Assembly (NCBI RefSeq): GCF_018350175.1
Contig: NC_058368.1
Coordinates: 87,236,001-87,300,000 of the forward strand
Source of the DNA: Felis catus
Lineage: Eukaryota
DNA length: 64,000 bases
Direction: 5' to 3'
Numbering within the stretch: the first letter of the stretch is position 1; each line of letters starts with the position of its first letter. Of this stretch, positions 52,101 to 64,000 are shown in pieces. Both the position numbers and the translations under genes were made by a program. The notes under the pieces are model-generated. The model ran no database searches. It saw only the letters and a program-made list of their open reading frames with translations, and was not told where the DNA came from.

Positions 52101-52345
52101 GGAAGAAAAGGAAGAAAAGGAAAGAAACCACAAGGACTCTTAATGATACACAACAAACTGAGGGGTGATTGAGGATGGTGAGTGGGAGATGAGCTAGATG
52201 AGTGATGGGTATTAAGGAGAGCACTTGTTTTGATGGATATTGTATGTATGCACTGAGTATTGTATGTACGTGATGAATCACGAATTCTCTTTAAAAAAAT
52301 ATTGCATTGTATATTAACTAAAATTTAAATTTAAAAAAAGGAAAA
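49151..52345 (+). mobile_element. 5'-truncated carnivore LINE-1 (ORF2 linker, RT, C-terminus, 3'UTR)
   Basis: ORF pieces [37 protein letters not shown]; 3'UTR and A tail. Confidence 0.93.
51571..51778 (+). mobile_element. CanSINE nested in L1
   Basis: Flanks aactactttgcaatcca / aactaccttacaatcca form an imperfect TSD. Confidence 0.92.
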
Positions 52346-52348
52346 AAT

Positions 52349-52580
52349 GGGGCACCTGAGTGGCTCAGTCAGTTGAACATCTGACTTTGCCTCAGGTCAG
52401 GATCTCATGGTTCTTGGTTTCGAACCCCACATTGGGCTCTGCACTGACAGTGTGGAGCCTGCCTGGGATTCTTTCTCCCTCTCTCCCTCTGCCCTTCCCC
52501 CATTTGTGCTTGTTCTCTCTCTCTCTCTCTCTCTCTCAAAATAAATAAACTTTATAAAAAGTTTAAAAAAGGAAGAAAAA
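52349..52580 (+). mobile_element. CanSINE in the L1 A-tail
   Basis: Typical head, (CT)n tract and tail. Confidence 0.92.
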
Positions 52581-52669
52581 AACAAATAAATTACACTAAT
52601 AGCTGGTTTTGAAAAAGATAAACAAATTGGCAAACCCTTACCTAGACTAAGATAAAAAGAGAAGACTCA

Positions 52670-54578
52670 GCCCAGAAATAGAACAAACAATCCTAAAATT
52701 TGTATGATACCATAAAAGACCCCAAATAGCCAAAATGATCTTGAGGAAAAGAACTAAGTAGGATGCATTATGCTCCCTAATTTCAATCTATATTGCAAAC
52801 TATAGTAATCAAAAGAGTATGGATTTGACTAAAAACTAGACACAGAAATCAGTGGGACAGAACAGAGATTCCAGAATACACCCACACATATGCAGTAAAT
52901 TAATTTATGACAAAAGTTGTGAATATACAATGGGAAAAAGATTATCTCTTCAACAAATGGTGTTGGGGAAAACTGGACAGAGACATGCAGAAGAATGAAA
53001 CTAGGCCACTTTCTTACACCATATACAAAAATTAACTTGAAATGGATGACAAATTTAAACATAAAACCTGAAATCATAAACTTCTAGAAGAAATCCTAGG
53101 GGGTAATCTCCTTATCATCAGTCCTTACAATGATTTTTTGGATTTGATACCAAAAACAGAAATAAACAAGTAAGACTATATCAGACTAAAAGTTTCTGCA
53201 CAGCAAAGGAAGTCATCAACACTATGAAAAGAGAACCTAAAAAATGGGAAAACAAACATTTGAAAATCATATATCTGATAAGGTGTTATATCCAAAACAT
53301 ATAAACATCACTAACTACATCAACATCACTAATCAATTCAATAGCAAAAAGATACGATTAAAAAATTGGCAGACAATCTTAACAGACATTTTTCTCCCAA
53401 GAAGACATACAGCAATCCAACAGGTAAATGAAAAAGTGCTTAGGGGCGCCTGGGTGGCGCAGTCGGTTAAGCGTCCGACTTCAGCCAGGTCACGATCTCA
53501 CGGTCCGTGAGTTCGAGCCCCGCGTCGGGCTCTGGGCTGATGGCTCAGAGCCTGGAGCCTGTTTCCGATTCTGTGTCTCCCTCTCTCTCTACCCCTCCCC
53601 TGTTCGTGCTCTGTCTCTCTCTGTCCCAAAAATAAATAAAAAACGTTGAAGAAAAAAAAAAGTGCTCAGCATCACTCATCATCAAGGAAATACAAATCAA
53701 AACTACAATGAGATGTCACCTCACACCTGTCAGAATGACTAAAATTAACAACTCAAGAAACAACAAGAGTCGGTGAGGATGTACAGAAAGGGGAATCCTA
53801 TTGCACTGTTGGGAGGAATGTAAATTGGTGCAGGCACTCTGGAAAACAGTATGGAAGTTCTTCAAAAAACTAAGAAACAGAACTATCTTTTGATCTAACA
53901 ATTCTTTATTGTTATTTACTTGAAGAAAGTGAAAACATTAACTCAAAAAATATATATGACCCCCATGTTCAATGCAGCATAATTCATAAGAACTGAGATA
54001 TGAAAACAACTTAAGAGTTCATCAGTAGATGAATGGGATAAAGAAATATGGTATACATACACAATGGAATACCATTTAGCTACACAAGAAGAAGGAAATC
54101 TTGCTATTTGCAACAATATGGATAGACCTTGAAGGCATTATGCTAAGTGTAATAAGTTAGAGAAAGACAAATACTGTATGGTCTCATTTATTTGTGGACT
54201 CTAAAACAAAACAAAACAAAACAAAAATGAGTTCATAGAGACAGAGAACAGATTGTTGGTTGCCAGAGGCAAGGTTGGATGAGATGGGTAAAGCAAGTTA
54301 GAAAGTACAAATTTCAACTATAAAAGAAATAAGTCATGGGAAGGTAGTGTATAGCAGGGTGACTCTAGTTAATAATACTTTATTGTATATTTGAATATTG
54401 CTAAGACAGTAAATGTTAAAAGTTTTCATTGACAAGAAAAAACATATAACTATGTATGCTGATGGATGTTAACTATACTCACTGTGGTAATCATTTCACA
54501 GTATATGCTACTACCAAACTATTATATTGTACACCTGAAACTAATATAATATTATATTTCAATTATGTCTGCATTTTT
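52670..54578 (+). mobile_element. 5'-truncated L1MA-like element nested in the host L1
   Basis: ORF2 3' half and 3'UTR. 19-bp TSD with 3 mismatches: gataaaaagagaagactca (52651-52669) / gataaaaacagaaggttca (54579-54597). Confidence 0.85.
53443..53656 (+). mobile_element. CanSINE, young Felis-type
   Basis: CpG-rich near-consensus body. TSD aaaaagtgct(t/c)a. Confidence 0.96.
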
Positions 54579-54623
54579 GATAAAAACAGAAGGTTCATAA
54601 ATAAAATCAGAAATGAAAGTAGA

Positions 54624-54837
54624 GGGGCACCTGGGTGGGTCAGTCAGTTATGCGCTGGACTTCAGCTCAGGTCATGATCTCCCCGTTGGTGACTTTGAGC
54701 CCCGCATCAGGCTCTGTGCTGACAGCTCAGAGACTGGAGCCTACTTCAGACTCTGCGTCTCTTTCTCTGCTCCTCCTCCTCTCATGCTCTGTCTCTATCT
54801 CAAAAATAAGTAAGCATTACAAATTTTAAAAAAAGAG
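54624..54837 (+). mobile_element. CanSINE
   Basis: Perfect TSD agaaatgaaagtaga at 54609-54623 and 54838-54852. Confidence 0.94.
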
Positions 54838-55306
54838 AGAAATGAAAGTAGAGACATTACACCTGATATCACAGAAATACATATGATCACAAGAAACTAT
54901 TATGAACAAGTATATATGCCAACTAATTGGATAACCAGGAATAAATGGCTAAATTCCTAGAAATATAAAACTTATTAAGACTGAATCAAGAAATAGAAAA
55001 TGTGAAGAGATCAATGAGTAAGGATACTGAATCAGCAATTTAAAACCCCTGACTACAGAAAACTCCAGAACCAGATGCTTTTCCTGGTGAATTTTACCAA
55101 ATATTGAAAATAAAATTAATCCAATTATTCTTAAAATCTTTCAGAAAATTTAGAGTATGAAAAATTCTCATGCTGATTTATGAAGCTAGCATTAACCTCA
55201 TACAAGAACCAGATATAGATAGTACAAGAAAGAAAATTATAGATAAATATCCGTTGTGAATATAGATGTAAGAAATCTCAAAAAAATTAGCAAACCAAAT
55301 TCAACA

Positions 55307-55602
55307 TGTTACAGAACCTGGTCTGGATTACCCAGCGGAAGAACCAAGCAGCACTCGGACATCTTGGAAGGCAGGAGGTTTATTTCACACCGGCAGGCTC
55401 AGAGGACATCACTCTCCAGAGGTCTGAGTCCTGAGGCTAAGCATGGGGGACAATTCATAGTCTGTTACTTCCGCATTAGTGGCAATTTGTCAGCTTGGCA
55501 CAAGGGGCAGGAAGAAGAACCCAGAAGGAGAGTCTTTGGGCGGGGACTAGAATTCCCCTATCAGTCCTGTCGGCCATCTTATAACATAAATTTTCCCTAT
55601 CA
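55307..55602 (-). mobile_element. Solo ERV1-like LTR A (296 bp)
   Basis: TG...CA termini (tgttac...ctatca); 4-bp TSD aaca at 55303-55306 and 55603-55606; minus-strand AATAAA at 55379-55384. Confidence 0.75.
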
Positions 55603-55607
55603 AACAG

Positions 55608-56299
55608 TGATGAGGTTTGAGGGTGGGGGGTGGGGATCCAGAGCTAACAGCCAAGAAGAATTCTTGAAGACATCTTTGATGCAAAATTGGGATTTTATTA
55701 AATCAAGGAACAGGACCTGTGGGCAGGAAGAGCTGCACTGAGGTTGTGCACTGGTTGTATACTATTGAATTGGGGCAGTAAAGGCAAACCAGAAGTTCCA
55801 GAGAGATTTTCATAAACTAAAGACTCACAGATTACTGGAGGCCTAGCTATTGCCAACCTAAGGTTGTTTTTCCCTCTAGTAAAGCATTAATATTAAGATA
55901 GTAGGGAGTTCCTGAAGAAATGTTATACTTTGTATTTGTCTCAAGTATTTGTCAATGGGCTGCAGGTTATAATGAAATTCAATTTTATCTGCCATTTCCT
56001 TCTTGCCTTTGTTTCCCACATCACTGTGGAGGGGAGGTGATGTTGGGGTTCCAGGAAACTGAGTCTATAGGTTTCTGGAGATTAGGCTATTGATTTCCTT
56101 TCTCTTGTATTTTACAAAGATATTTGTAAACTCATGGAGACTCTATCAGCTTAATGATTTGTCTTTTGTCCTTCCCTTTGTCCTTGGGCAGCCAGGAGTG
56201 CCTGAGAAATGGAAAGCCACACATATCGCACATGGGGGTGGGGAAGCAGGTAATGCTAGCTTGTGCTTGGCCCTCAGCTTGCTTTATGGTCCCTCATCA
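55608..56299 (-). mobile_element. Solo ERV1-like carnivore LTR B (692 bp)
   Basis: Perfect 8-bp inverted termini tgatgagg...cctcatca; TSD acag (55604-55607) / aaag (56300-56303); minus-strand AATAAA at 55694-55699. Confidence 0.82.
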
Positions 56300-57145
56300 A
56301 AAGCACATTAAAAAGATGATGCATTATAATCGAGTGGGACCCATTCCTGGGAAGTTGGGATAGTTCAACATATGCAAATCAATAAATATGATATACCACA
56401 TTAATTGACTAAAAGGTGAAAATCATATGATTCTCTCAATAGATCCAGAAAACGCATTTGATAAAATACAATATCTCTCTATGACAAAAACCCTCAACAA
56501 GTTAAGAAACATACCGCAACATAGTAAAGGTCTTGTAGAGCAAATCCACAGCTAACATGATACTGAATGGTGAAAGATTGAAAGCTTTTTCTCTAAACTC
56601 AGGAATAAGAAAAGTGTGCCCACTCTGGCTATTCATTCAAAATAGTACTGGCATTTCTAGCCAGAGCAATTAGGTAAGATAAAGAAATAAAAAACATCTG
56701 AATCATAAAGGAAGACAAAAAATGGTCTTTATTTGCAGATAATATGATATTATATAGAGACAATGTTAAGGACTCAGCCAAAAAAAAAAAAAACTAATTA
56801 AACTAATCAAGGGATTCAATAAAGTTGCAGGATATAAATTCAACATACAAAAAAAAAATCTATTGCATTTCTGTGCACTAACAATGAACTAATTGAAAAA
56901 ATAGCAATACTATTCACAAGGGCATCAAAAACAATAAAATACTTAAGCATAAATTTAACCCAGGAAGTGAAGGATCTATACAATGAAAACTACAAGACTT
57001 TAATGAAAGAAATCACAGAAAACACAAACAATTGGGAGGATATCTCATGCTTATAAATCAGAAGAATTAATATTATTAAAATGTCCATCCTACCAAAAAC
57101 CATCTATAGATTCAATGCAATCGCTATCAAAATCTCAATGGTATT

Positions 57146-57148
57146 GAG

Positions 57149-57194
<46 letters not shown>

Positions 57195-57232
57195 ACTCAA
57201 AGTTAAATAAATAAACTTAAAAAAAGAAAAAA
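57146..57232 (+). mobile_element. 5'-truncated CanSINE ((CT)n tract and tail)
   Basis: gagattctctct...aataaataaacttaaaa flanked by TSD aatggtatt. Confidence 0.8.
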
Positions 57233-58329
57233 AATGGTATTTTCACAGAAATAGAAAAAACAATTCTAAAATTTGTATGGAAACACTGAAGACCATGGAT
57301 AGTGCCAAGTAAATCTGAGAATGAACAGCATATCTGGAAGCATCACACTTGCTAATTTTAAATATACTACAAAGTTATAGTAATCATACAGTGTGGCCCT
57401 GGCACAAAAATAGACTCATAGACCAATGCAGCAGGATTAAGAACCCAGAATCCTCACATATACATTCAACTAATATTTGACAAGGGAGCCAAGAACACAC
57501 AGTGGAGGACAGATAGTTTCTTCAATAAATGCCGTTGGAAAAATAAAATTGAACCCCTATCTTACAATATTCCCAAAAATTAACTCAAAATTGATTAAAG
57601 ATGTAAACATAAGACCTGAAGCCATAAACTGCCTAGAAGAAGACACAGGAGAAAACCTCTTTGATATTAGTCCTAACAAATTTTTTTGAATACTAGACCA
57701 AAAGTGTAAGTAATGAAGACAAAATCAGCTGGGCCTACATAAAATTGTAAAACTTCTGAGCAGCAAAAGAAACAACCAACAAAATACAAAATAGGCAGCC
57801 TATGGAATGGGAAAAGGAGTCTGTCTGATAAGGAGTTAATATCCAAAGTTTATAAAGAACACATGCAACTCAGAAACAAATAAACAATCTGATTGAAAAA
57901 AAATGAGCAAAGGAACTGAATAGACATTTTTTCCCCAAAGAAGACATCCAAATGGCCAATAAGTACATGAAAATGTGCTCAACATCACTAATAATTAAGG
58001 AAGTGAATATCACACCTACAATGAGGTATTACCTCACACTTATTAGAATGACTATCATAAAAAGACAACAGATAGTGAGTGTTGCTGAGGATATGGAGAG
58101 ATAGGGACACTTGTGCATTATTTGTAGGAATGTAAATTGATTCAGCCACAAAGAGAAACAATTTGGAGGTTCTTCAAAAAATTAAGAATAAAACTACCTT
58201 ATGAGCCAGAAGTCCCACTTCTGGGTATATAGCCAAAGGAAATGAAAACAAGATACCAAAATTATGTCTGCATGTTCAAATTATGTAAATATCCAGAGTG
58301 TCCATCGATAGATGAATAGGTAAAAAAGA

Positions 58330-58367
<38 letters not shown>
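58330..58367. repeat. (TG)n(TA)n microsatellite
   Basis: Direct inspection. Confidence 0.93.
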
Positions 58368-58369
<2 letters not shown>

Positions 58370-59093
58370 CATTCCCCTGCCCACCTCCCCTCCAGCAACT
58401 CTCAATTTGTTCTCTATCATTAAAAGTTTGTTTTATGGTTTGCTTCTCTCTTTTCTCCCACTATGTTCATCTGTTTTGTTTCTTAAATTCCACATATGAG
58501 TGATATCATATGGTATTTATCTTTCTCTTACTGATTTATTTCACTTAGCATAATATACTTTAGCTCTAGCTACATCATTGCAAATGGGAAGATTTCATTC
58601 TTTTTGATGGTTGAGTAATATTCCATTGTGTATACATACTACATCTTCTTTATTCATTCATCACTGGATGGACATTTGGGCTCTTTCCATAATTTGGTTA
58701 TTGTTGATAGCACTACTATAAACATTGGGGTGCACATTCCCCTTTGAATCAGCATCTTTGTATCCTTTGGATAAATACTGAATAGTGCAATTTCTGAATT
58801 GTAGAGTAGTTCTATTTTTAATTTTTGAGGAACCTCCACACTGTTTCCCAGAGTGGCTGCACCAGTTTGCATTCCCACCAACAGTGCAAAAGTGTTCCCC
58901 TATCTCTGCATCCTCGCCAACATCTGTTGCTTCCTGTGTTGTAATTTTAGTCATTCTGACAGATGTGAGGTGGTATCTCATTGTGGGTTTCATTTGTATT
59001 TCCCTGATGATGAGTCATATTGAGCATATTTTCATGTGTCTGCTAGCCATCTGGATGTATTCTTTGGAAAAGTGTCTATTTATATCTTCTGCT
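58368..59093 (-). mobile_element. LINE-1 ORF2 C-terminus and partial 3'UTR, no poly(A) visible
   Basis: [33 protein letters not shown]. Confidence 0.9.
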
Positions 59094-59264
59094 AAATGGG
59101 CCAATTCTTTAAAGGCAGAAAAACAAATCCATAGTATTAACCTAAGAAGTATATGCATTGTATAACTAAACATTACATCATCAACATCCTCAAATACAAG
59201 ATTTCTTACACATCAACGTGTAAAAGTACACATTTTTATGAACTGCAAATTTATATTTTGACAT

Positions 59265-59605
59265 CTTAACTCCCAGAATTTAACAATGTGACTGTGTTTG
59301 GTTGTAAGATCTTTAAAGAAGTAACTACTATAAGATAAACTTAGTAGTGTGGGCCCTAAGCCAATATGACTAGTGTCCTCATAACAAGAGGCAATTAGAA
59401 CACAGGCACATACAGAGAGAGAAAAAAAAAATGTGAAGACACTGGGATAAAATGGCCACGTACAAGCCAATGAGAATGGCCTCAGAGGAAAACAACCATG
59501 TTAACACCTTGACCTCAGACTTCCCACCAGAACTGTGAGAAAACAAAATTCTGTTGTTTAAACCACCTTCTTTGTGGTAGTTTGTTATTGTAACCTTAGC
59601 AGCTA
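59265..59605 (+). mobile_element. MLT1-type (MaLR) LTR
   Basis: aatgtgactgtgtttgg...gggccctaagccaatatgactagtgtcct...ccagaactgtgagaaaa...tctgttgtttaaaccacc. Confidence 0.85.
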
Positions 59606-60241
59606 TTATACATATGCATACCAAAACAATGAACAAAGATAATTAATTTACAAATAATAAAAATTACAAGCCCACATTTGTGAGTTACTGTTCTAAGGGT
59701 TTTACATAAGCAAATACTGAACCAGCACAATATGTTCTGATACTTATTATTCTGGCAGAATTATACTCAACAGGAAGCATTAGTCTACTTTTTCCCAGTA
59801 ACCAGGTTTTGCTGGGGTCTACACACACCTAGACCCCATCATAAAGAAGGTGTGGTCATAGCCTGAAGAGACATTTATTGTTCAGAAAGTAAAAAGAAAA
59901 TCATTTCCCTCATGCACAGATATGCTTCTTGGGAGGTCTCATTACACTTTTTTCAAGTTTCCATAAGGTAGAACAGCAGCACAGTTGTCCTTTGGGAACA
60001 CTTCCTAAGAGGCTCTCTGCTACTCCCATGCTTACTGTAAGAAACACATAGCAATTAATACAACTATGAAACAACTTAATTTAAAAGTAAAAATGATAGA
60101 CTTCATTGCAACTGAAATATTAGCTAATTATGATACAACTTTCTGTTCTCAAATTACTCTTTTCATAGTTATTTTTTAATGATTCCTCAAATAAAGTCTC
60201 TGAATTCTCCTTCCTGATTGAAATTTAAACAGCCCTGCTTT

Positions 60242-60478
60242 AGAAATTAGATAAAAACAGCAAGGGAGGCGTGCCATAAGAGACACAAATACAGAGAACA
60301 AACTGAGAGGTGCTGAGGGGTTGTTGGGTGGGGGGATGATCTAGAAGGGTGATGGGCATTAAGGAGGGCACTTGTGATGAGCACTGGGTGTCTTATGTAA
60401 GTGATGAATCACTAAATTCTACTCCTGAAATCATTTAAAAAATCATTTAAATCATTAAAAAAATAATAAAAATAAATA
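60242..60478 (+). mobile_element. Short LINE-1 3'UTR insertion
   Basis: gagaacaaactgag...gatgagcactgggtg. TSD aaac(a)gccctgcttt at 60227-60241 and 60479-60492. Confidence 0.88.
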
Positions 60479-60526
60479 AAACGCCCTGCTTTTAACCCTT
60501 AGAATTTTATTTTAAAATGCTACAGA

Positions 60527-60716
60527 GGGGCACCTGGGTGGCTCAGTTGGTTGGGAGTCCAAGTTTAGTTCAGGTCATGATCTTACGGTTTGTGAGTTCA
60601 AGCCCCACATCGGGCTCTGTGCTGACAGCTCAGAGCCTGGAGCCTACTTCAGATTCGGTCTCTCTCTCTCTCTGCCCCTCTCCCTCTTGTCTCTCTCAAA
60701 GATAAATAAACATTAA
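60527..60716 (+). mobile_element. CanSINE
   Basis: TSD aaaatgctacaga at 60514-60526 and 60717-60729. Confidence 0.94.
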
Positions 60717-60729
60717 AAAATGCTACAGA

Positions 60730-61650
60730 AATGTTGGCAAGATGACAAAATAGGAAGCCCCACACCTCATTTTTCCACAAAAAAAAAATCAATTTAACAA
60801 TGGCATATGGACCAAAATACCTTTATGAGAAGTCCAGAATCCAGAGAAGAAGATGCAGTAATTGAGATGAGTACAAGAGTAAGACAGCAACAGGGAGAAA
60901 TACCATCGTTTTGTTGCCTGGAGCAGCTAAGAAAAAAAGAAGAGGTGGGTGTCTTGCTGTGGCCAACAGCTCTGTAAGATGGAGATAAAGAGCAGAACCT
61001 GAGGCTTCTCCCCTAGGGGTAAGAGAGCAGAGTGGAGCCTGCTCCAAATTCCCCACCCGTCAGTGGGGACCAAGGACCTGCTTTCTGTGTCATCTCACTG
61101 GGGATGCTGTAGGGACTGATATAGTTTGATAGGGGCAGATAGGAACAAAAGAAAGAGAGTAGGTAGCTTGAGGCAATGGAACAGCTCTGTGAGATTGAGA
61201 GAATGTACAAAACAAACAAACAAACAAACACTGAATCTTCTCTATCAGGAGGGAAGGAAAAGAATAGATCCTGCCTCCAGGGTCTCAGACCATGGTATAA
61301 CAGTCAGACACCAGAGCCAACAAGACCTAATGGGCTTCTGGAGAAAACAAACATCAGGAAATCACTTTAATTAGAAGTCTACATGCACAAATCCAGAGAA
61401 GTCACAAGCATAGAAAACATGTGAGAGGCTCCCAAAATTTCTCACGAGGCAGACTGGTGGAGCCAGGCCATAAAGGCTGGGAGAGGTAGCTGTTTTTCCA
61501 AATGCAAAGCTACAACAAACAGGAATTCAGGGAAACAAGACACAATCAAAGGAACAAAATAAACCTCCAGTAACTGACCTTAAAGAAATGGGGTTCCATG
61601 AATGTCCTGACAATGAGTCAAAGCTTTGTCTTAAAGAACCTCAGTGGATT
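60730..61650 (+). mobile_element. Probable ancient L1 5'UTR and ORF1-start remnant
   Basis: ggcaagatgac start; aaaggaacaaaataaacctccagtaactgaccttaaagaaatgg resembles old L1M ORF1 N-terminal DNA. Confidence 0.55.
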
Positions 61651-62067
61651 AGGAAAAAAAAAAAACTGAAGAAAAAAGAAGCAACGTCACCAATTTGGTG
61701 ACACAGCTCATTCATGACTTCAGAGCCTTCATAAGAAGACCCCCAACTAGCAAGTATCCAGAGACAAGACACCACTGACAAAATCTCATAACCTAGGAGT
61801 GAGGCAAACACACCCCTCTGCACTAGAAACAGAAGAGAATCACTTAAAAGGGTGAGGGGAGTGGCTATGCTCTAACCACATGGCCTTTCCCCCAGGATGA
61901 CACAGCACAAAGCACTTCTAAGCAAGGAAGATAAAAGCTACTTTAAGACATTGTCTTGATCAAGATCCAAAATAAAAAAAATCTTATTCTCCACAGAAGT
62001 GTGAGAAGCAAAGAAATTCTCAATAGTTATAATTAATAAGTTCACATTTTAAAAAGCAAAATAACTA

Positions 62068-62225
62068 GGGGCTCCTGGGTGGCTCTGTAGGTTAACCATC
62101 CGACTTTGGCTCAGGTCATGATCTCGCCGCTCGTGGGTTCAAGCCCCGCATTGGGTTCTGTGCTGGCAGCTCAGCTTGGAGCCTGCTTTGGATTCTGTGT
62201 CTCCTTCTCTCTCTGACCCTCCCCT

Positions 62226-62273
<48 letters not shown>

Positions 62274-62305
62274 AAAAATAAATAAACACTAAAAAAAATA
62301 TTTTT
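62068..62305 (+). mobile_element. CanSINE with long (CT)n tract
   Basis: Perfect TSD aagcaaaataacta at 62054-62067 and 62306-62319. Confidence 0.95.
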
Positions 62306-63374
62306 AAGCAAAATAACTAAAAGTAGAAAGGGCATTGTTATGTGACAACTCTGCATTATAACCTATCCTAGTAAAAGTTTGCAGTATAAAATAAAAATCA
62401 GATAGTGTGGAAGTACAAACATATTTGTGAGAGGAATGTATTGGAGTAATGTGGCACTTGGACTTTTTAAACTGCAGTACACTGTAACTTCCTGTGTGGC
62501 CTATTTGGGGAATAGCTACAAATTGCTGAAGGGTAAAACAATCATGATAGCATGGGCATGATAAAGGAATTGAGGGGAAAAGCTAACCTCAAAACTGAGT
62601 ATTGGTGAGCTGAGTTTGGAAAATGCTAAGTTTAAGATATTGGTGGAACATTCCAGAAAAAAATCTCCTATAAGAGGTAGGGATTTGAGAGGGAAATGAA
62701 ATTATGCATTTTGAAAATTCATAGTCTACAGAAAAGAGATGACACCATTTAGAAAGAATCTGGGGGAACACAGAGGAAAAATTTAAAGATGAGATAAAAA
62801 AAAGAAGGAAAAGATGAAACAAGGGAGAAAAAGATGACAGAATAAGAGGAAAATAAAACTAGTGAAAACTAGGAAGACAAGAGCTAGATGAAAAACAAAG
62901 GGAGCCAAGTTACACAAAACAAACTACCTGTTGATGGCCTCTTTCCCAAAGAAAGAGTCTACACTGTTACATAGCTGTAATAGCCCTCCAACTTCTATCC
63001 TGTCTATCCAAGCATCCAAGTACCCTTAACTTAACTGGACTGAAAGGAAACAGTATGTAGTAATTCCTTTAAAAATTTTCTGAGAGAAATGTGCCACTTT
63101 CAAAGGATTGAAATCCCCATTCTTGATGACATGATAGCACTGTGTTTTATGAAGGAGCTAGGAGAGAGAAACAAGGATGCAGGAAAGAAGAGACAGACAG
63201 ACAGACCTACACCCACAGAATGAGAGAGAGACTAAGAGAGGACAAGGGAAAAGAGAGGAGAGAGAAGAGAAAGGAAGAGAGAAGGAAGGAGAGTAAGTAT
63301 AGACATAATTGTAGACTAAATATGATAACAGTACCTAACACTTATATAGACCTTATCATGTGATAAATAAGTTT

Positions 63375-63625
63375 GATGATGATGATGATGATGATGATAG
63401 AGATGATAGATAGATATTGGGTTGATAGATAATGGTAGATATATACATAGATGATGAATGGATATACATTATAGAGAGGTTATAAATAGATGATAAATAG
63501 ATGATAGATTAGATAGATAGATGATAGATAGATATAGATAGATAGATGATAGATAGCAGATGATTAGATAGATAATAGAGAGATGATAGATAGATAGATA
63601 GATAGGTAGATGATAGATATAGACA
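63375..63625. repeat. (GAT)n/(GATA)n compound microsatellite
   Basis: Direct inspection. Confidence 0.95.
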
Positions 63626-63689
63626 GAACTTAGTTATATAAAAATTATTTTAAGATATTTAAATAACCATATAAGTTAAGTTAAGGACT

Positions 63690-63810
63690 ATTTTTATTCT
63701 CACTTTTTAAATAAGGAAACTAAAATGTGTAGAGGTTAAGTGACTTGACCAAGTCCACAAGTGATTGAGATTCAACTTCAGCACTCACTGCACTTAACCA
63801 CTACACCATA
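63690..63810 (-). mobile_element. MIR fragment
   Basis: aaggaaactaa...agaggttaagtgacttgaccaag...gattcaa...cttaaccactacac. Confidence 0.75.
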
Positions 63811-64000
63811 CAACAACAGAGTTGAGGAGAAAGAAAGTTAACCTAAGTGGGCTGAAAAAAAAAATCATATAGTGCTTCTGTTAATTTTTTTTGAATACTT
63901 CAAAAGGATTTAAAGGATTCAAAAGATTGCATTCCACTTCTATGACCTGAGAGAAGTATGTCATAAAGACTTGGGTTGACTGAGCTCAATGAAGAGTTTC

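Larger units (their letters stand above)
54579..58340 (+). mobile_element. Old host LINE-1 ORF2 remnant, continuing from 52581-52669; interrupted by SINEs and two LTRs
   Basis: Collinear degenerate ORF2 from aaaatcagaaatgaaa through tttgcagataatatgat (FADD region) to gtccatcgatagatgaat. Confidence 0.88.

Noticed and set aside
55256..55741. 161-aa ORF
   Set aside because: Crosses L1, LTR A and LTR B boundaries, has a non-ATG start and shows no retroviral protein motifs.
1..64000. A novel multi-gene system, CRISPR array, rRNA or snRNA
   Set aside because: None visible. All long ORFs are explained by ORs, L1 or low-complexity sequence. Small spliced exons or lncRNAs in the unique stretches cannot be excluded by eye.

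Overview
Mammalian, repeat-dense genomic DNA. It is almost certainly felid, given the carnivore CanSINEs including young Felis-type copies and a full-length cat-type L1. The window lies in a class II olfactory receptor (OR) cluster and holds two single-coding-exon OR family 2 (2W-like) genes on the minus strand. The first (CDS ~9206-10156) has an open frame but substitutions at three normally conserved OR positions (MAYDRF->MAYDHF, KAFNTC->KAFNTF, TP->TS in TM7). The second (~34122-35066) is canonical and resembles OR2W5. The rest is mostly nested LINE-1s of several ages, about 17 CanSINEs, LTR remnants (MLT2, MLT1, two ERV1-like solo LTRs), MIRs, MER5A and microsatellites. I found no evidence of a new gene family or new biological system. 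The most interesting signals are mechanistic footprints: two different solo LTRs inserted 1 bp apart, candidate short L1 3' transductions, a fold-back templated duplication, three-level L1 nesting, and an L1 whose 5' truncation point matches the host-L1 position where it inserted. Repeat subfamily names come from recognising consensus-like sequence by eye, not from a database search. Boundaries without a stated target-site duplication (TSD) are approximate.
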